Source: a virus. From it: a stretch of DNA of 64,000 nucleotides. The notes beneath the pieces are model-generated. The model was not told the origin of the DNA and searched no databases. It worked only from the letters and a program-made list of their open reading frames with translations. The DNA lies in IMG/VR virus record IMGVR_UViG_3300008259_000147, positions 1 through 64,000 of that record; one strand, 5' to 3'. Position 1 is the stretch's first letter; every line of letters begins with the position of its first letter. The translations under genes and the position numbers were made by a program. Shown here in pieces: positions 48,201 through 56,172 of this stretch.

Positions 48201-50498
48201 AGGATTTAAAGTAGTAAGTTCATTTCCTTCAGAGTTCATTGTTGGAGCTCCTACCCAAGATCCTGAACCAGCAGGACCTAAAAAACCTCCTGCAAAAGTA
48301 CCACCCAATGCTGCAGCATATGCTAATGCTGCTTTTCCACCAGCACCACCTGCAACTCCAACAGCAGTTGTTAAAGGAATTGAAGTAGGGTCTTTTGCAG
48401 TGTTACCTTTCACTGTTGTCTTTTTTCCAACTAAAGCTAAAATAGCAGAACCAAGTCCTAATAGTAGACATCCTATAAATGCACCTTGTGATGGAATTTT
48501 ATGTTTAGGATGACCATAAGGTGGTGTAAAAGTTCCTATAGAATTACCATAGTATTCTGAATAAACTCTTACCTCATTTGGATTTAAATAAGTTCCTCTA
48601 AAATTAAAATCAGGAGTATGAAATGTAAAGTAATCTTTTCTATATAGTGTTATAGGATTCTTAGTGTCATCATGCTCTTGTGGTCCTGGAGGATTATACC
48701 ATGTGTTTTTGTATAAATAATAATCAGGATCTAAACAATTGTATGGATAGTTCTGATATAGTGCTTTTGCATTAGGTTGATTAGGTATGTCATACTCAAA
48801 CATATTATTAATCAAACCTTTTGCAATAACTGTTTTATTACCAGTTCTTGATCCTCTTAATATTTCATATCCAACAATTGATTTAATAACATCTCCATTC
48901 TCATCAAGAGGTGGTTTTATATTTTCAAATTGTATACCTAATAATTGAATTGATTTATTCGCATTATCATAAATTGGAGAAACTATGTCATCTGGAAATT
49001 TATGATGCCTAATGTATTGTCCACACAAATCATAGTCACTAATTTGTGAATTAGGATAAGGGGTTGTAGTAATAGTACTCCAAGTATATTCACTAGGATT
49101 CCAAATTCTAGGTTTGTTGGGATATCTATTTTCAGATTCCCAATAAGCCATATATCCTTTGTTTCTAATTTTTGCACCATCTGCTGTTGAGCCAGATCCT
49201 CCAAGTGAAATCCCTGTGTTATAGACTCTCCACTTTTCAGCTGATGTAGCTCCATTATTATCATAAGGAAGAACATCAGGACCACTAACTGTTATGTTAT
49301 CCCAGCCTGGTCTAATAGGTCTTCCTGGAATATGATAAGATGCAGATTTATCACCTGTCTTATAAGCCCATCTAATAAAGAAAGAATATATCTCATCTCT
49401 CATATATCCTGTTTCATTATTACCTTTTACATAATAATCTGCAGGATATTCTACTTGTACCCATTTTGTAACAATTTGATTTGCAAGAGGCTGATAATTA
49501 AAATCAGCTTTGCTTTTCATTCCAGTTCTTAATAGATAAAAGTTTAATAAAAACATCTTGTCAGATGTTTCATATATTGTCTGATTAATTGGAATATCTT
49601 CAAGTGGTACTTGAACTAATGTATCATTGTTATTATCAATGTGTACTTTAGTTTGAGAAGTATTAAAAAAACCAACACGCTTTGCATTAGTTACAGAATT
49701 AATAGTGCTTATTAGTACAACTTCATATTCCTCAAAGTTTGTATCTATTTGAGTAAATGTTAAATCTATTGATCCACCATTATTCTCATGATCCCAAATA
49801 CTTACAATATTACTCGGCATAAAGTAATTACTCACTCTTAAACCATTGATGCTATAAGCAACTACTACTTGATATGATCCATTAAATAATGTACCTGAAC
49901 TATTAGATCTTACAATGGAGAAACAAGGTAGATCTATTAGATAGTGTAATCTTGTTTTATCACAATCTAAAACAGGAGGATCATAATAAATTGGCTCAGG
50001 ACAATCAGGATTAGTTGTATCATATTGTTTAATCAACCAAGGAATTTTATCAAGATTAATAGCTCTATCTGGATTTAATCCATCTGCAAAATAAAATGTG
50101 TAAGTACAATCAAAATTAGATTGAGTAACTCCTGTAATTAAATTTGATCTTTTAAATCCTAAACAACTAGATGAAATATATCTAGTATACTCACAACTAT
50201 TTTCATCAAATATTCCAATCTCACTTGTTATGTCATTTGTAGAACAAACAAACCAAGTTGTCGCATCTCTGCGAACAATTCCAATAACATCAAAATTAGT
50301 AGATGTGCAATATTGAGTAGATGGCTCATTTCCAATAGTACCCCCATCTCCTAAGTTAGAACTTGTCATAGCATTAATTGCATTAGTCCAAACTCCCTCA
50401 GGAACATAGCTATCATTAAAATCTTTGTAAAGTCCTTTAGTATAAGTATTAGACTTTGCATCAATTAAATTTTGAGTGTTATCTTGCTGTTTAGCCAT
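45255..50498 (-). CDS. Tail stabilisation / muzzle-like protein (1747 aa)
   Basis: N-terminal 'KGLYKD...NAIN...IGNE', 'FYFADGLNPDR', 'YMRDEIYSF' and C-terminal 'WTISY...WISFHDW' patterns of crAss-like stabilisation proteins; follows the ring genes. Confidence 0.75.
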   Translation of the reverse strand: MAKQQDNTQNLIDAKSNTYTKGLYKDFNDSYVPEGVWTNAINAMTSSNLGDGGTIGNEPSTQYCTSTNFDVIGIVRRDATTWFVCSTNDITSEIGIFDENSCEYTRYISSSCLGFKRSNLITGVTQSNFDCTYTFYFADGLNPDRAINLDKIPWLIKQYDTTNPDCPEPIYYDPPVLDCDKTRLHYLIDLPCFSIVRSNSSGTLFNGSYQVVVAYSINGLRVSNYFMPSNIVSIWDHENNGGSIDLTFTQIDTNFEEYEVVLISTINSVTNAKRVGFFNTSQTKVHIDNNNDTLVQVPLEDIPINQTIYETSDKMFLLNFYLLRTGMKSKADFNYQPLANQIVTKWVQVEYPADYYVKGNNETGYMRDEIYSFFIRWAYKTGDKSASYHIPGRPIRPGWDNITVSGPDVLPYDNNGATSAEKWRVYNTGISLGGSGSTADGAKIRNKGYMAYWESENRYPNKPRIWNPSEYTWSTITTTPYPNSQISDYDLCGQYIRHHKFPDDIVSPIYDNANKSIQLLGIQFENIKPPLDENGDVIKSIVGYEILRGSRTGNKTVIAKGLINNMFEYDIPNQPNAKALYQNYPYNCLDPDYYLYKNTWYNPPGPQEHDDTKNPITLYRKDYFTFHTPDFNFRGTYLNPNEVRVYSEYYGNSIGTFTPPYGHPKHKIPSQGAFIGCLLLGLGSAILALVGKKTTVKGNTAKDPTSIPLTTAVGVAGGAGGKAALAYAAALGGTFAGGFLGPAGSGSWVGAPTMNSEGNELTTLNPSTKKPGILPDIMSFITQMNLIFSIGGFMLAQGFGNAMKLVMELLPWRQYALQYNSHGFYSSKKNPQNQNYRRQIKAARYVESGVQVFDGTYTVNNLFRPNTAIINTIGTLVNPSTIDQSRRTVNQLKAWTTTNNNFTLNISSYYVGLKLDLKGAYGQLSSITQIPVSTCVEKIVYTKNYPHTSSVYFRGDVYINRYTEKNTFPLFNQWLFNMPDGTDFDYKLYANVAYPRYWSTFEGIDFNDISINTSAFPRLSLNPLRFIRDFARKFAKLVTNPVGTITSWVLGPSKLYHLDRDPNSYRLRIQDMLKKTFYIKNGYFYLFVNGVKDFYCESEINLASRDYGALPSEQFYNPYGNTNLYELFRTDIIKVPEFFKYDYSLSVSKASINNTSWSSVLPRSYDPDIPASCFEYYPARMVYSLQQQYEQSRDNWRIYLNNNYKDFENVITNVKPINRTGSAIFFDDATPTTINGVDELQTSTGNRITIGDGGLFNQPFQALVNADLELEYGSCQSTRSVINTTYGIFYMSQRNGKIMQLAGNQIVDISMNGMRYWFAENLIYSLTKSFPNYDLTDNPVKGIGCQTTYDNQYEIVYFSKKDYKLLPGIEVGTDIEYMPDTKNFRVTSYSYNFKVTYGSSTTQLQDGYQISGNINGYDLATCTYTATVPTNAGIESFVNCVATEIEKAPNIKKAFPYISDGSFKINITLIDSKVPANIQLNLINKFVVTLIPINTSNKTLIDPSDTNYFEDCSWTISYDPKTKMWISFHDWHPNLEFSTNDHFYTIKGNDFWKHNVLCNSYNNYYGVNYGWEIEFPVNTGASVTTIKSVEYYLEVFKYNTGCVDRYHVLDGNFDQALIYNTEQTSGLLNLHIKPKNNPVALLNYPKINLDSIDIHVAKEENKYRFNQFWDATRDRGEFNGLQITNFITECNGYRKNLNPQAVNYAKSPLQRKKFRHYGNRVILRRLQSGSEKMNLKVVTTKETLSPR

Positions 50499-50883
50499 TT
50501 TGATTATCTACTTTTTCAAATTCTTTTTTGACTTTTTCACTGCCTATAAATTTATAGAATTCTTCACACAGAAACCCCATCAACCAAGCACATGTTTCTT
50601 CATCTGTAATATCTCTATCTTCTGCTATTCTTTTTGCAGCATGAAATAACTCATGACCTATTGTGTTATGATTAAGAAACTTAGCATCTATCATTACAAT
50701 GTATAAGCCACCATCTACAGTAATAGTAATACCTTCTGCTTCTTCAGCTGCAGTACCAGGAACTAATGTTCCCTTTGCATATTTCTTTTGTAAATACTTT
50801 TCTGACTTTCCCATCTCATTTGTTATTACAAATAAGATAGAACAATTGAATGTATTTACTCTTACTTTTTTAGTAATTCTCAT
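50491..50883 (-). CDS. Small zincin-like metalloprotein (130 aa)
   Basis: TIGHELFH...DEETCAWL (HExxH plus downstream Glu). Confidence 0.65.
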   Translation of the reverse strand: MRITKKVRVNTFNCSILFVITNEMGKSEKYLQKKYAKGTLVPGTAAEEAEGITITVDGGLYIVMIDAKFLNHNTIGHELFHAAKRIAEDRDITDEETCAWLMGFLCEEFYKFIGSEKVKKEFEKVDNQNG

Positions 50884-51982
50884 AAGGTCCCCTTACAGTT
50901 TTAAACCCACCATACCACGCATAGCTATTAAACATATTATAATACTTAGCATACATTGCTTTTCTATTTTTCTCCCACATTCTCTTTAGTTCACCAAAGT
51001 CAGGAGTATTAATAAAGCTAAGAGCATTTGTTCTTGCAGGTCTAAGCTTAGCTTGTATAAGCTGTAACTTTTGACTAGTATTCTCACCATTTAAAAATAA
51101 GTTCTCAAGTATTCTTTCTTTAAGAGCATATTCATAATAGTCATTAACTACTGGATGATCAAGCACTAATAAATTACCTTCATCATCTTCCATTACAGAT
51201 TCATAGTTAATATATACTCTACCTTCTTTAAAATTAATAGTATGAATAAATCCATCTCTAATTTTAAGTCTATAATTATAAGAACCTACATTTCTTAAGT
51301 TACACTCTGGTTCCCCATAGTTATATGGTAAAATCTCAATAGGAACTGGTCTAGGAAATTCTCTAATTAACCCTGGTCTTGTCTCTGTAATCTTACAACC
51401 ATCTGGACAATTGTCCACAGAAATAGAACAATTGGCTACAATGTTAGCAGCAGCAATAATGTTAATTCTTGCACCTGCGTAGTGTTCAAATACTTTAATC
51501 TTTACTTGATCAGGATTGATAATTACATATTCAAAGTTTACATAATCTTTACTTGAATTTTGAACAGTAAGTACAATATTAGTTGAAGCTAAATTATGAG
51601 TTACAATGTTATCTCCAACAGATAAATCAGCCACTTGAATCAATGGTCTTGCATTTGTAATCTCTGCAAGTTTTAACATTTGATCATACATTGTCTGAAT
51701 CTGTGATGATACACAACTTGTATATGTATCATTACCAACCCCACACAACATTGCAAAATTCATTACATAAAAATCAGCAGGAAGTTTAGCTCTGCCATCT
51801 TTTACATCAATCATTTTACCCCTTGATTGATTAATCTTTAAACCAAGTTCATAATTGATCTTAATTGCAATCTTTAATAATTCTTGAGGATTGATAAAGT
51901 TATCCTGATCATAAGTGTAGAAATCACTTCTGACAGAATTCATTAAATCATCAAAGTTTCTATATTGGAGTTCTGTCTTCAT
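50870..51982 (-). CDS. Tail tubular / ring protein (370 aa)
   Basis: 'AKLPADFY' and 'FKEGRVYINY...DDEG...V.D' pattern of crAss-like ring proteins; synteny. Confidence 0.65.
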   Translation of the reverse strand: MKTELQYRNFDDLMNSVRSDFYTYDQDNFINPQELLKIAIKINYELGLKINQSRGKMIDVKDGRAKLPADFYVMNFAMLCGVGNDTYTSCVSSQIQTMYDQMLKLAEITNARPLIQVADLSVGDNIVTHNLASTNIVLTVQNSSKDYVNFEYVIINPDQVKIKVFEHYAGARINIIAAANIVANCSISVDNCPDGCKITETRPGLIREFPRPVPIEILPYNYGEPECNLRNVGSYNYRLKIRDGFIHTINFKEGRVYINYESVMEDDEGNLLVLDHPVVNDYYEYALKERILENLFLNGENTSQKLQLIQAKLRPARTNALSFINTPDFGELKRMWEKNRKAMYAKYYNMFNSYAWYGGFKTVRGPYENY

Positions 51983-52656
51983 TACTTAGTGTTGCTTAAG
52001 AAGTCTTGATTAATATCTTGAGGAACTTGTAAACTTGTAGTTAAATCTTTCATTACACTTTGTTCCATTTCTCCATATAAGTACATAGGTACTGAGAATG
52101 GCTCATCTTGTCTATAAATACAATCATGGTCTGTATCACAATTGTATTGACCAATACCAGATCTAAATAATCCTTCCACTCTAATTGCTGGCCAATCTAC
52201 ACTAGGTACATAGATATAGTCATTTACAATGTAGTAGTAAGGAGTCTTGTTATATCTAAATGTCTTCTGCTTAATCATAGCTTGATAAGTAGAAGGAAAA
52301 GTTAAAGTAAGTGGAGTAGTTCCATCTATACTTGTAATAGATCTAATGATAGGACCATAACTACCCTCATACGCAGGGGGAATTTTATCCTTGCTTCTCT
52401 TAATAGTACAGCCTGATTCTATGCAAAAACAACCAGTGTCTGCTTTATCTACATCTATTAAACAGAAATAGTCTAAGGTGTGAAATATATTGTTGTACTT
52501 TCTAAGTACACCTTTATCATCCTCTCTTTTAATGAGCCATGATACGTGTTTGAGAATTAAAGAAAAGATATATCTATCTGTAACAAAGGCATCTATGTTT
52601 ACAGATTTAATCTGATTCCTAATTCTACTAATTGCTTCTGATACTGTTGCTACCAT
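51982..52656 (-). CDS. Tail ring / adaptor protein (224 aa)
   Basis: 'T..E.ISRIR...D.F.TDR.I', 'YY.IVNDYIY' and 'IRVEGLF' pattern; synteny. Confidence 0.6.
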   Translation of the reverse strand: MVATVSEAISRIRNQIKSVNIDAFVTDRYIFSLILKHVSWLIKREDDKGVLRKYNNIFHTLDYFCLIDVDKADTGCFCIESGCTIKRSKDKIPPAYEGSYGPIIRSITSIDGTTPLTLTFPSTYQAMIKQKTFRYNKTPYYYIVNDYIYVPSVDWPAIRVEGLFRSGIGQYNCDTDHDCIYRQDEPFSVPMYLYGEMEQSVMKDLTTSLQVPQDINQDFLSNTK

Positions 52657-53198
52657 TATTTACAAGTTTTACCAAAGTAATAATCTGCTTCGTCTTTTCT
52701 TCTTTTGACTAATCCAGCAAGTGTTTTGCCATCAGCTTTAATCCACTTATTAAATTCATTTCTAATTGTTTCATCTTCAGGATCTGCATTTACTTTTTTA
52801 AGTAATGTACTTTTCTTAAGATTACCAATTCCTACATTGTATGTAAAGCTAACTAATGCATCAAACTGACAATCATTTAACTCTACTCTAACTACATCTG
52901 ATACCATACCAGCAAACTGATTTAGTACATCTGAGAATAGTTTTTCAGCTTCTGCTTTAGTAATAGTCTCTCCAGGTTTAACAGGAGTGCCATCAGCATA
53001 GAATGTATTACCATAGCCAATAGTCCATACACCTCCTGCATCAGGATATGCTTTAGACATATAGCCTTCAAACTTCTTTATCTTTTGAGTCATCTCATCT
53101 GATACACTATATACACCAGTAAGCTGCTCAGTTTCTTCTTTAATTTCTGTTACACCTTTAATAAGGCCTCTCAAGAAAGTTAATAATGCTTTCATCAT
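52656..53198 (-). CDS. Phage lysozyme (GH24 muramidase)
   Basis: IKKFEG...AYPDAGGVWTIGYG (E-x8-D-x5-T), FDALVSFTYNVG, GLVKRR..E. Confidence 0.93.
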   Translation of the reverse strand: MMKALLTFLRGLIKGVTEIKEETEQLTGVYSVSDEMTQKIKKFEGYMSKAYPDAGGVWTIGYGNTFYADGTPVKPGETITKAEAEKLFSDVLNQFAGMVSDVVRVELNDCQFDALVSFTYNVGIGNLKKSTLLKKVNADPEDETIRNEFNKWIKADGKTLAGLVKRRKDEADYYFGKTCK

Positions 53199-53773
53199 AG
53201 TTCTAATGGATTATAATTTTCTAATCTATATTCATCTAATTCTTTTCTTTCATCTTGATACATAGCACTTCTGTACAAGCTTGCAATCTTTAAAGTATGA
53301 TCAACTTGAATGTATTTCTTCCAGTTTTCAGGATACTTTCTGCCAACCTCTTTTGTAAAGTTTCTACAGGCTTTAAATCCCCACAACTCATTAAATTTAA
53401 ATTTGTATTTAGTTTCATAATTACTGTAAAAGATTTTAGCTAAGTAGTTATCACTTTCCCAATTTCTATGTTGTATTACTTTTAAATAATGATCTGTTGT
53501 TTTAAAGTCTACATTCTTTCTAACTTTTGGTTGACAAGTTCCAAGAAACATATAACCTAATTGCTCAGGTAACTCTATACCATCTCTTGTGTCAATTATT
53601 TCTTTTGCAATCAATTCATTAGCAGCAATGATAATCTTCTTTATACTCTTTTGGTCTTTGACTAGGCACTCCTTAGACTTATAGATATCAGATACCCATT
53701 CATCTGATAATGTGTTCAATCTAGGTGCTTTATACCTCGGACCCTTTCTGTTTAATTTCACTGCACTATTCAT
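53195..53773 (-). CDS. IHF/HU-like DNA-binding protein
   Basis: 'IELPEQLGYMFL...WGFKACRNF' HU-fold pattern; located beside the ring genes as in crAss-like phages. Confidence 0.5.
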   Translation of the reverse strand: MNSAVKLNRKGPRYKAPRLNTLSDEWVSDIYKSKECLVKDQKSIKKIIIAANELIAKEIIDTRDGIELPEQLGYMFLGTCQPKVRKNVDFKTTDHYLKVIQHRNWESDNYLAKIFYSNYETKYKFKFNELWGFKACRNFTKEVGRKYPENWKKYIQVDHTLKIASLYRSAMYQDERKELDEYRLENYNPLEL

Positions 53774-53774
53774 A

Positions 53775-53783
53775 TATAATTTA
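53775..53783 (-). promoter_or_regulatory. Putative late-promoter motif TAAATTATA, 1 nt before ATG
   Basis: 1-mismatch variant of the TATATTATA motif, heading the tail operon. Confidence 0.45.
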
Positions 53784-53815
53784 CAAAATTTTTTTGATTT
53801 TTAAAAGATAAATTT

Positions 53816-55120
53816 TTAAAGTTTATAATTGTAGTTAAACTCTGCAACTTTGCCATTTACAGGATTGTACAACTCAAGTACAGCAGCTCTTTTATTGCCA
53901 GTGAACTTATTATGATAATGCCAGTAATCTGTTGCTGAAAGTGAAGGTAACACTTTTATTGTAAATCCATGTATTTCATTATCAGTTACAAACTCAGTTG
54001 TCTTTTTAGTGTGCAAGTGACCTGTAAATAAAGTTCTATAACTAGTTTGGCCCCACTCATATGGATGCTCAGTTGCGTATACTAATGGAGTCATCTTTTT
54101 AGATATATCACCATGTTCAAAGCAAAACATATTCTCTCCATACACAAGCACCTTTCTTTCAGCATATTGGCTAGAGAAAGTAAAACCATCTGCATCTCCA
54201 AATGACTGAGATAATGCATGTACTAAGTGAAATGAACTAAGTCTATCGTGATTCCCTGGTATAAACATTACATGCACATTGTTAGCATAGTTTCTAACTA
54301 ATGACAAAAGTAGATATAATCCTTCAAAGGCTTGAATGTAAGCATCTTGTGCAGACATACTTGCTTCTACAGGTGTACCCTTAGTTGTAGTGTTGTTGAA
54401 TGTATCTACTTGTAGAGTATCTCCTCCTAATACAATCACAACCTTTTCTAGATCATAGCTATCACGACATTTATCTAAAAGATTATTCACTGTGTTTATA
54501 GCTATGCTAGACATTGACTCATTACCAGGCTTTCCAAAATGAAGATCTTGTAAACTAAGAATACCACACACACCTTCTAAAAGATCTGACTTTTTAGTTT
54601 TAAAGGTAGTTTCTACTTTAGGAAACTTGTAGTCAGAAAGCATACCATAAAAATTAAGGAGGTCAGTTTCCTCCTTATGTATCTGTGTCACTAATGCTGA
54701 GATTAACCAACCTGTTCCTTTTTGTTTGTTCCAGTATTGAGATAATCTCCACTTAGTTGTATCTATGTTTAGTATTTCTATAATCTCTTCTGGAGTCTTT
54801 GGTTCTTTAGAAGAGTAAGCTTCTAAAGTCATTTTACCAGAATCCATATCACTATGAGATTTTATCACCCCTCCTTTTTCTTCAATTGTTTTGTAAATAC
54901 CAAGCTCTATTTTAGTAGGGCAGACTTCTCCTATAATTGATTTTTCTATTGCATCTTGTATTGCTTCATCTACTGTTTCTCTATAGTGCAACATCTTTTT
55001 ATACACTAACCTTTTAAGAGAAACGTATTCATCTAAAGGCATTCCTATTCTATTTGCAGAATACTCATCTGACTTTTTCCATTTGACAATGGAGCTATAT
55101 ACTTCTTTTATCTTATTCAT
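53816..55120 (-). CDS. Calcineurin-like metallophosphoesterase with N-terminal extension
   Basis: DLHFG, GGD, GNHD, EHGD and GHLH motifs in canonical order. Confidence 0.85.
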   Translation of the reverse strand: MNKIKEVYSSIVKWKKSDEYSANRIGMPLDEYVSLKRLVYKKMLHYRETVDEAIQDAIEKSIIGEVCPTKIELGIYKTIEEKGGVIKSHSDMDSGKMTLEAYSSKEPKTPEEIIEILNIDTTKWRLSQYWNKQKGTGWLISALVTQIHKEETDLLNFYGMLSDYKFPKVETTFKTKKSDLLEGVCGILSLQDLHFGKPGNESMSSIAINTVNNLLDKCRDSYDLEKVVIVLGGDTLQVDTFNNTTTKGTPVEASMSAQDAYIQAFEGLYLLLSLVRNYANNVHVMFIPGNHDRLSSFHLVHALSQSFGDADGFTFSSQYAERKVLVYGENMFCFEHGDISKKMTPLVYATEHPYEWGQTSYRTLFTGHLHTKKTTEFVTDNEIHGFTIKVLPSLSATDYWHYHNKFTGNKRAAVLELYNPVNGKVAEFNYNYKL

Positions 55121-55134
55121 CTTTTATATTTTAG

Positions 55135-55191
55135 GGTGAACCCCCTTATTGCTAAGGGGATGTCACCTGCTCAGGGCTACCAACAACCTGA
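55135..55191 (-). other. GC-rich two-hairpin intergenic element
   Basis: Minus strand: TCAGG-N11-CCTGA, then GGTGA..CCCCTTA-GCAA-TAAGGGG..TCACC (GNRA tetraloop); no U-tract. Confidence 0.6.
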
Positions 55192-55194
55192 ATA

Positions 55195-56172
55195 TTAAAT
55201 GCATGGAAGACAAGGTTGACCATCTAGTGTGGGTGGACTTGTTGATGTATCATAATTATATTGACTAGGATCACAAGGTCCTATGTCTGTAGCATGTGCT
55301 CCATTTGTTACTACACCTGATGAATTAAATCTAGGAGGCAACAATACACCACCACCTCCACAAAAATAAGTATTGGGCTTACCTATAGAACAAATACTAA
55401 ATGGAGTTCCTATTCCATTAACTGTTGGAGGATGTGGAATAGCATTACCACAAGATAGTTGATTACCATCGCAATCTGTCCATTCTATATACCATTCATC
55501 TCCTGTATCAATTCTATACATGCTACATGTAGGTGTAACCACTGATTTAGAAGGACAATTTATAGTTGTTTCAGTACCAGTTGAAGTTGTTATAATTACA
55601 TTTACAGTAATATAATATGTAGTAGCAAATGCAATACCTCCTGGTATATTATTTTGATCTAAGATATAAATATAAGGAGAAGGTAAATTTGCTATTGCAT
55701 CTACTTGATCTAAAATATATGTAGCTAGTGGTGGTTGTGTTAAATCATCATATACTATTATTTCATATCCAACAACACTTGTTGAAGAAGAGAAAGGATA
55801 TATTGTAACAGGGATATAATAACCACCGCCATTTAAATTCCATACCCAACTTCTTATACTGACATCAGCACATTGAAATGAATAGTAATCTCCATCAATA
55901 GGACTAAATGTTTCAGTGACACCATCTTGACATACTTGCCTCATTCTAAATTGATAAGTTGTATTACTTAAGAAATCAGGAGGATTACCTATGTTACCTT
56001 GAACTCCTGTTAGAGTTCCTGTAAGAGGTGTAATATATCCATTGATATTTCCAATGCTATTAGTAGCAGTAACCCAAGGACTAAATGTTCCATCAAAGTT
56101 TACTTTTCTATACTCTAAGTATCCACCTAAAGCAGTTGGGTCAAATGTGTAAGTTAAATCAAATGTTATCAT
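55195..56172 (-). CDS. Structural protein with FnIII/Ig-like domains and Cys-rich C-terminus (325 aa)
   Basis: 'YLEYRK...W...TTYQFRMRQVC' FnIII-like pattern; Thr/Cys-rich. Confidence 0.55.
   Translation of the reverse strand: MITFDLTYTFDPTALGGYLEYRKVNFDGTFSPWVTATNSIGNINGYITPLTGTLTGVQGNIGNPPDFLSNTTYQFRMRQVCQDGVTETFSPIDGDYYSFQCADVSIRSWVWNLNGGGYYIPVTIYPFSSSTSVVGYEIIVYDDLTQPPLATYILDQVDAIANLPSPYIYILDQNNIPGGIAFATTYYITVNVIITTSTGTETTINCPSKSVVTPTCSMYRIDTGDEWYIEWTDCDGNQLSCGNAIPHPPTVNGIGTPFSICSIGKPNTYFCGGGGVLLPPRFNSSGVVTNGAHATDIGPCDPSQYNYDTSTSPPTLDGQPCLPCI

Noticed and set aside
55135-55167. Intrinsic terminator or tRNA call for the hairpin
   Set aside because: No U-tract directly after the stem on the coding strand and no cloverleaf or T-loop consensus.
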